A DNA stretch of 26,794 nucleotides, taken from Chiloscyllium plagiosum. Its lineage: Eukaryota. Numbering within the stretch: position 1 is the stretch's first letter; the number at the start of each line of letters is the position of its first letter. A program made the position numbers and the translations under genes. The notes under the pieces were generated by a model. It had not been told where the DNA came from and searched no databases. It was given only the letters and a program-made list of their open reading frames with translations. The DNA is taken from the NCBI RefSeq assembly GCF_004010195.1, contig NC_057760.1, positions 602,432 through 629,225 of the forward strand, in the 5' to 3' direction. Positions 21,992-26,794 of this stretch are shown in pieces.

Positions 21992-22182
21992 GTGAGGCTC
22001 AGTCCTGTCCCTGGTAATGGAGACACTTGATTAACCCTCTGACAAAGTCTGGAGAGGCATCTCCCCTCTCACACTCCAGACCCTTCCAGCTCTGAATACT
22101 GACTCCATCCAGCCTGCCTCTCGCTCCGGGTCAAACCATCTTCCTGATAAGACACAGCAGATAAAGAGTAGCAAATTCTGCT

Positions 22183-23392
22183 CCCACAGCGCTGACTCTC
22201 CGACAGTGCCCACTCCCTCAGCACTGACCCTCTGATAGTGCCCACTTCCTCAGCACTGACCCTCTGACAGTGCGGCACTCCCTCAGTACTGACCCTCCAA
22301 CAGTGCGGTGCTCCCTCAGTACTGACCCTCCAACAGTGCGGCACTCCCTCAGCACTGACCCACTGACAGTGCGGCATTCCCTCAGTACTGACCCTCCATA
22401 GTGCGGCACTCCCTCAGCACTGACCCACTGACAGTGCGGTGCTCCCTCAGTACTGACCCTCCGAAGTGCCCACTCCCTCCGCACTGACCGTGCAGCGCTC
22501 CCTCAGCACTGACCCTCCAACACTGCGGCCCTCCCTCAGCCCTGAACCTCTGACAGTGCCCGCTCCCTCAGCACTGACCTTCTGATAGTGCCCATTCCCT
22601 CAGCGCTGACCCTCCGACAGTGCGGTGCTCCGTCAGCACTGACCCAACGACAGCGCCCGCTCCCTCAGCACTGACCCTCTAACATCGCCCACTCCCTCAG
22701 CACTGACTCTCCAACAGTGCCCACTCCCTCAGCACTGACCCTCTGATAGTGTCTGCTCCCACAGTGCTGACCCTCTGACAGCACTCGCTCCCTCAGCACT
22801 GACAGTCCAACAGTGCCCACTCCCTCAGCACTCACCCTCAGCACTCACCCTCTGACAGTGCCCACTCCCTCAGCACTCACCCTCAGCACTCACCCTCTTA
22901 CAGCACCCGCTCCCACAGCGCTGACCGTCTGACAGTGCCCGCTCCCTCAGCGCTGACCTTCCAACAGTGCCCGCTCCCTCAGCAGTGACCCTCCGACAGT
23001 GCCCGCTCCCTCAGCGCTGACCCTCCAACAGTGCCTACTCCCTCAGCACTGACCCTCCAGCTGTGCCCGCTCCCTCAGCACTGGCCTTTCAACAGTGCCC
23101 GCTCCCTCAGCACTGACTCTCTGACAGTGCCCGCTCCCTCAGCACTGACCCTCTGACAGCTCCCGCTCCCTCAGCGCTGACCCTCCGACAGTGCCCGCTC
23201 CCTCAGCGCTGACCCTCTGACAGTGCCCGCTCCCTCAGCACTGACCCTCTGACCGTGCCCGCTCCCTCAGCACTGACCCTCTGACAGTGCCCACTCCCTC
23301 AGCACTGACCCTCTGACAGCACCCACTCCCTCAGCGCTGACCCTCCGACAGGGCCCGGTCCCTCAGCGCTGACCCTCCGATGGTGCCCACTC
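22183..23392 (-). repeat. 32/33-bp minisatellite array in CA intron 1
   Basis: Same unit, mostly the 32-bp GTGCCCGCTCCC variant distally. Confidence 0.95.
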
Positions 23393-23825
23393 CACAAATC
23401 TCCAAGAATGCTGCACACATGAGGATCTGCGGACTGGGAATCCAGTCAATAAGGACTCTTGGCTGAAACTGTCAAACCAAATGCTCCTTTCTTTTCTCCT
23501 TTGGCACCCATCAAACCGGTCAGTCAGGTCACACTCCGAGTGAAATGGCTGACCATGAAATCTCGTGTGATGAGGGCTTAGGGGTAACTTGGCTCATGCT
23601 GCACTCCCTCAGCTCCCATTCCTTTCAGTAGTGCTAGCTGTGGGCTCCCTCCCCAACCCCCTTCTGGCAAATGGCTATTCGCCTGTGGGTGGCATCACTA
23701 CCAATCCCACTCCTTCACCCTACGGTCACCCACTCAGTAGCAGAGGCAAACATACTATGATTTCCCTCACCCTCCTCCAACACTGTTACCCAGAAGCCCC
23801 TTTTTGTTTTATGCAATAACTAAAA

Positions 23826-24043
23826 ATGTCTGTGTGTGTGTATGACTCTGTGTGTGTGTGTGTGTATGACTGTGAGTGTATGTGTGTGTATGACTGTGTG
23901 TGTGTGTGTATGTATGACTGTGTGTGTGTGTATGACTATGTATGTGTATGTGTATATGTATGTATGTGTGTGTGTATGTATGTCTGTGTATGTATGTGTT
24001 TATGTGTTTATGTGTGTATGTGTATGTGCGTGTGTGTGTGTAT
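23826..24043. repeat. (TG)n/(TATG)n compound microsatellite
   Basis: Direct inspection. Confidence 0.95.
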
Positions 24044-24236
24044 ACATTCTCCCCGTGTCTGCTTGGGTTTCCGCAGGGTGCTCCAGTTTCCTTCCACAGT
24101 CCAAAGATGTGCAGGTTAGGTGAATTAGCCATGGGAAATACAGGGTTACAGTGATTGGGTGGGATGCTTTAAGGAGGGGTGGTGTGGACTTGATGGGCTG
24201 AATGGCCTGTTTCCACACTGTAGGGATTCTATGATC
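24040..24236 (+). mobile_element. HE1 / V-SINE (elasmobranch) fragment
   Basis: V-domain-like CATTCTCCCCGTGTCTGC.TGGGTTTCC..GGGTGCTCCAGTTTCC..CCACAGTCCAAAGATGTGCAGGTTAGGTGAATT plus a CR1-derived tail. Confidence 0.8.
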
Positions 24237-24653
24237 CCTTCATCCTTGTCAATTATTTCAATTGTGAGTGGTTGAAGTCCCAACACTAATCATTCTGACA
24301 TAGCGTTACTGCTGTTACATGTGTATATTTGAGTTGGATGTCAATAAGGTATAATACCCATGCTTCAAATCTGTCAAAGTTAATTGTGTTTGAAAATTCA
24401 GCTAGGTTTGGACAGTGTAATTTTGCTTTACACTGATACTTCTGAGTAGCATTTTATGTCAAAAACACACTATTGACAAAGGAAATTCTGATCCAACTGG
24501 TCATTTTAATGCTTATGCACTTTCCAGGGAGGAATTCTAGCCATTGAGTCCCAGCCACTCTGGTTACAGACTACTTGCACTGAGAGAAACCTACATTTTA
24601 AGAAGGAGCTACAGCGCAGACCACTATGTCTCTATCACCTCCTGGCTCACTGA

Positions 24654-24800
24654 AATCCTTTAGGGAAGGAAACCGCCATCCTTACCTGGCCTGGCCTACA
24701 CGTGACTCCAGACCCAAAGCAACAGAGGTTGACTCTTAACTGCCCTCTGACATGGGCAATAAATGCTGGCCTCGCTAGCGATGCCCATGAATAAATTTTT
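24654..24800 (+). mobile_element. 3' part of another SINE-like interspersed repeat
   Basis: AGGGAAGGAAAC..GTGACTCCAGACCC..TTGACTCTTAACTGCCCTCTGA..GGGCAATAAATGCTGGCC, recognised as a common shark repeat; family name uncertain. Confidence 0.55.
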
Positions 24801-24969
24801 AGTAGATGCTCCACAGATGCTGTTTTTCATATAAGGTGTAGAGGTTCTGGGACAAGATCTGTGCGGGCCGTTATCGCCATTGCAGGCCTGATGAGCCTCA
24901 TGGCCTGTTTCTGTTTCTCAGTCACTCCAAAAGTTTCCGATGTCTAATCTTCTCTCTCTTCCTGTACAG

Positions 24970-24990
24970 GTATCCATTGGACGTACGAAG
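24970..24990 (+). CDS. CA14: Alpha-carbonic anhydrase (probably CA14) 21-nt micro-exon 2, (G)IHWTYE(G)
   Basis: Branch-like CTAAT at 24944-24948, a pyrimidine tract, CAG acceptor and AAG|GTAAAT donor. HWTYEG matches the alpha-CA N-terminal motif (human CA14 GQHWTYEG). CA14 is a neighbour of MRPS21 in human. Confidence 0.85.
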
Positions 24991-25099
24991 GTAAATCCTT
25001 TCCAAGCAATATTTGCACCCAAATTATTCTTTCTTCCGCCTTCCAGCAGCATTCTCTTTGACTGAGAAAGAACCAGAAACATTGACTCATTTTTCAGAC

Positions 25100-25545
25100 A
25101 GTGTTTATATATCTGTGTGTGAGTGTGAGAATGTGTGTGTGACAGTACGTGTCTCTGAGTGTATATGAGTGTGTGTGAGAGAGTGTGTATGTGTGTGTTT
25201 ATATATCTGTGTGTGAGTGTGAGAATGTGTGTGACAGTACGTGTCTCTGAGTGTATATGAGTGTGTGTGAGAGAGTGTGTGTGTTTATATATCTGTGTGT
25301 GAGTGTGAGAATGTGTGTGACAGTACGTGTCTCTGAGTGTATATGAGTGTGTGTGAGAGAGTGTGTGTTTATATATCTGTGTGTGTGTGTGAGAACGTGT
25401 GTGACAGTGCGTGTCTCTGAGTGTAGATGAGTGTGTGAGAGAGTGTGGGTATGTGTGTGAGTGTATGTGTGTGTGTTTATATGTCTATGTGTGAGTGTGT
25501 GTCTATGTGAGAATGTGTGTGTGACAGTGAGCGTGCGTGTGTCTA
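25100..25545. repeat. TG-rich tandem repeat, ~85-bp unit, about 5 copies
   Basis: Recurring TTTATATATCTGTGTG..GAGAATGTG..GACAGTACGTGTCTCTGAGTG. Confidence 0.9.
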
Positions 25546-25857
25546 GTTTTATCTTCTAAACAAAACAGTTGTCAGTGACGCCGTATATAACTGGAAACTT
25601 TCCCAGTGAGCTAAATGCTGTCGCCTAGTCCGTTCCTGTAGAGAGTTAATCTTCAAACTGTTGCTCCCTTCAGGCATGTTATTATGAGGTCCCTATCTAA
25701 AAGCTCCTGTTCTCCTGTTTCATCGGCTACTGCGCTCACCCAGACACCTTCCTGACAGATTAACCAGCTCTGACTTCGCGGGTAGCTACTAATGCAGCGT
25801 GTTGAGTTCAGGATCAGATTCCAACCTCACATCCAGGTTCAGACTCCAAACACCAGG

Positions 25858-26794
25858 GCTGAGGGAGGGGGCACATTCAGAGGGTCAGCGCTGAGGGAGG
25901 GGGCACATTCAGAGGGTCAGCGCTGAGGGAGTGGGCAATGTGCGAAGGTCAGCGCTGAGGGATCAGGCACTGTTGGAGGGTCAGTGCTGAGGGAGTGGGC
26001 AACGTGGGAGGGTCGGCGCTGAGGGATCAGGCACTGTCGGAGGGTCAGCACTGAGGGATTGGGCACTGTCGGAGGGTCAGTGCTGAAGGAGTGGGCACTA
26101 TTGAAGGGTCAGTGCTGAGGGATCGGACGCTATCGGAGGGTCAGCACTGAGGGATTGGGCACTGTCGGAGGGTCAGTGCTGAGGGAGTGGGCACTGTTGG
26201 ACGGTCCATGCTGAGGGAGTGGGCACTGTCAGAGGGTCAGTGCTGAGGGAGTGGGTACTGTCAGAGGGTCAATGCTGAGGGAGTGCCGCACTGTTGGAGG
26301 GTCAGTGCTGAGGACGTGGGCACTATCAGAGGGTCAGTGCTGAGGGAGTGTGCACTGTCGGACAGTCAATGCTGAGGGAGTGCCGCACTGTCGGACAGTC
26401 AGCGCTGAGGGAGTGCCGCACTGTCAGAGGGTCAGTACTGAGGGAGTGCCGCACTGTCGGAGGGTCAGTGCTGAGGGAGTGCCGCACTGTCAGAGGGTCA
26501 GTGCTGAGGGCGTGGGCACTATCAGAGGGTCAGTGCTGAGGGAGTGTGCACTGTCGGACAGTCAGCACTGAGGGAGAGCCGCACTGGCAGAGGGTCAGTA
26601 CTGAGGGAGTGCCGCACTGTCGGAGGGTCAGTGCTGAGGGAGTGCCGCACTGTCAGAGGGTCAGTGGTGAGGGCGTGGGCACTCTCAGAGGGTCAGTGCT
26701 GAGGGAGTGTGCACTCTCGGACAGTCAGCGCTGAGGGAGTGCCGCACTGTCGGACAGTCAGCGCTGAGGGAGTGCCGCACTGTCGGAGGATCAG
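25858..26794 (+). repeat. 32/33-bp minisatellite array running off the window end
   Basis: Unit GTGCTGAGGGAGTGCCGCACTGTCGGAGGGTCA. Confidence 0.95.

Noticed and set aside
18975..23392. CRISPR-like appearance of the 33-bp repeats
   Set aside because: Units are head-to-tail with no unique spacers, there are no cas genes, and the context is eukaryotic.
23809..24154. His/Thr- and Cys/Val-rich ORFs
   Set aside because: Translations of a (TG)n microsatellite and an HE1 SINE.

Overview
Repeat-rich vertebrate genomic DNA, most consistent with a cartilaginous fish (shark), judged from the CR1/HER1, HE1 V-SINE and Deu-SINE-like repeats. There are three assembly gaps. Real genes: (1) a complete two-coding-exon MRPS21 on the minus strand (15039-14957 + 12651-12471, 87 aa) with a CpG-rich ETS/YY1-TISU/CCAAT promoter; (2) the first two coding exons of a signal-peptide-bearing alpha-carbonic anhydrase, probably CA14, on the plus strand (exon 21907-21991 and a 21-nt micro-exon 24970-24990 encoding GIHWTYEG). 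The CA exon 1 sits in a ~0.6-kb unique island between two large 33-bp minisatellite arrays; (3) a probable promoter and non-coding first exon at ~5185-5415 (2 CACGTG E-boxes, 4 CCAAT boxes), possibly CIART by synteny (inference only). The rest is CR1 LINE debris, Penelope-like element (PLE) remnants with minimal hammerhead-ribozyme motifs, a MITE, SINEs, and SINE/LINE-derived minisatellites. The long ORFs in the track are repeat or gap artefacts. I found no convincing wholly new gene system.
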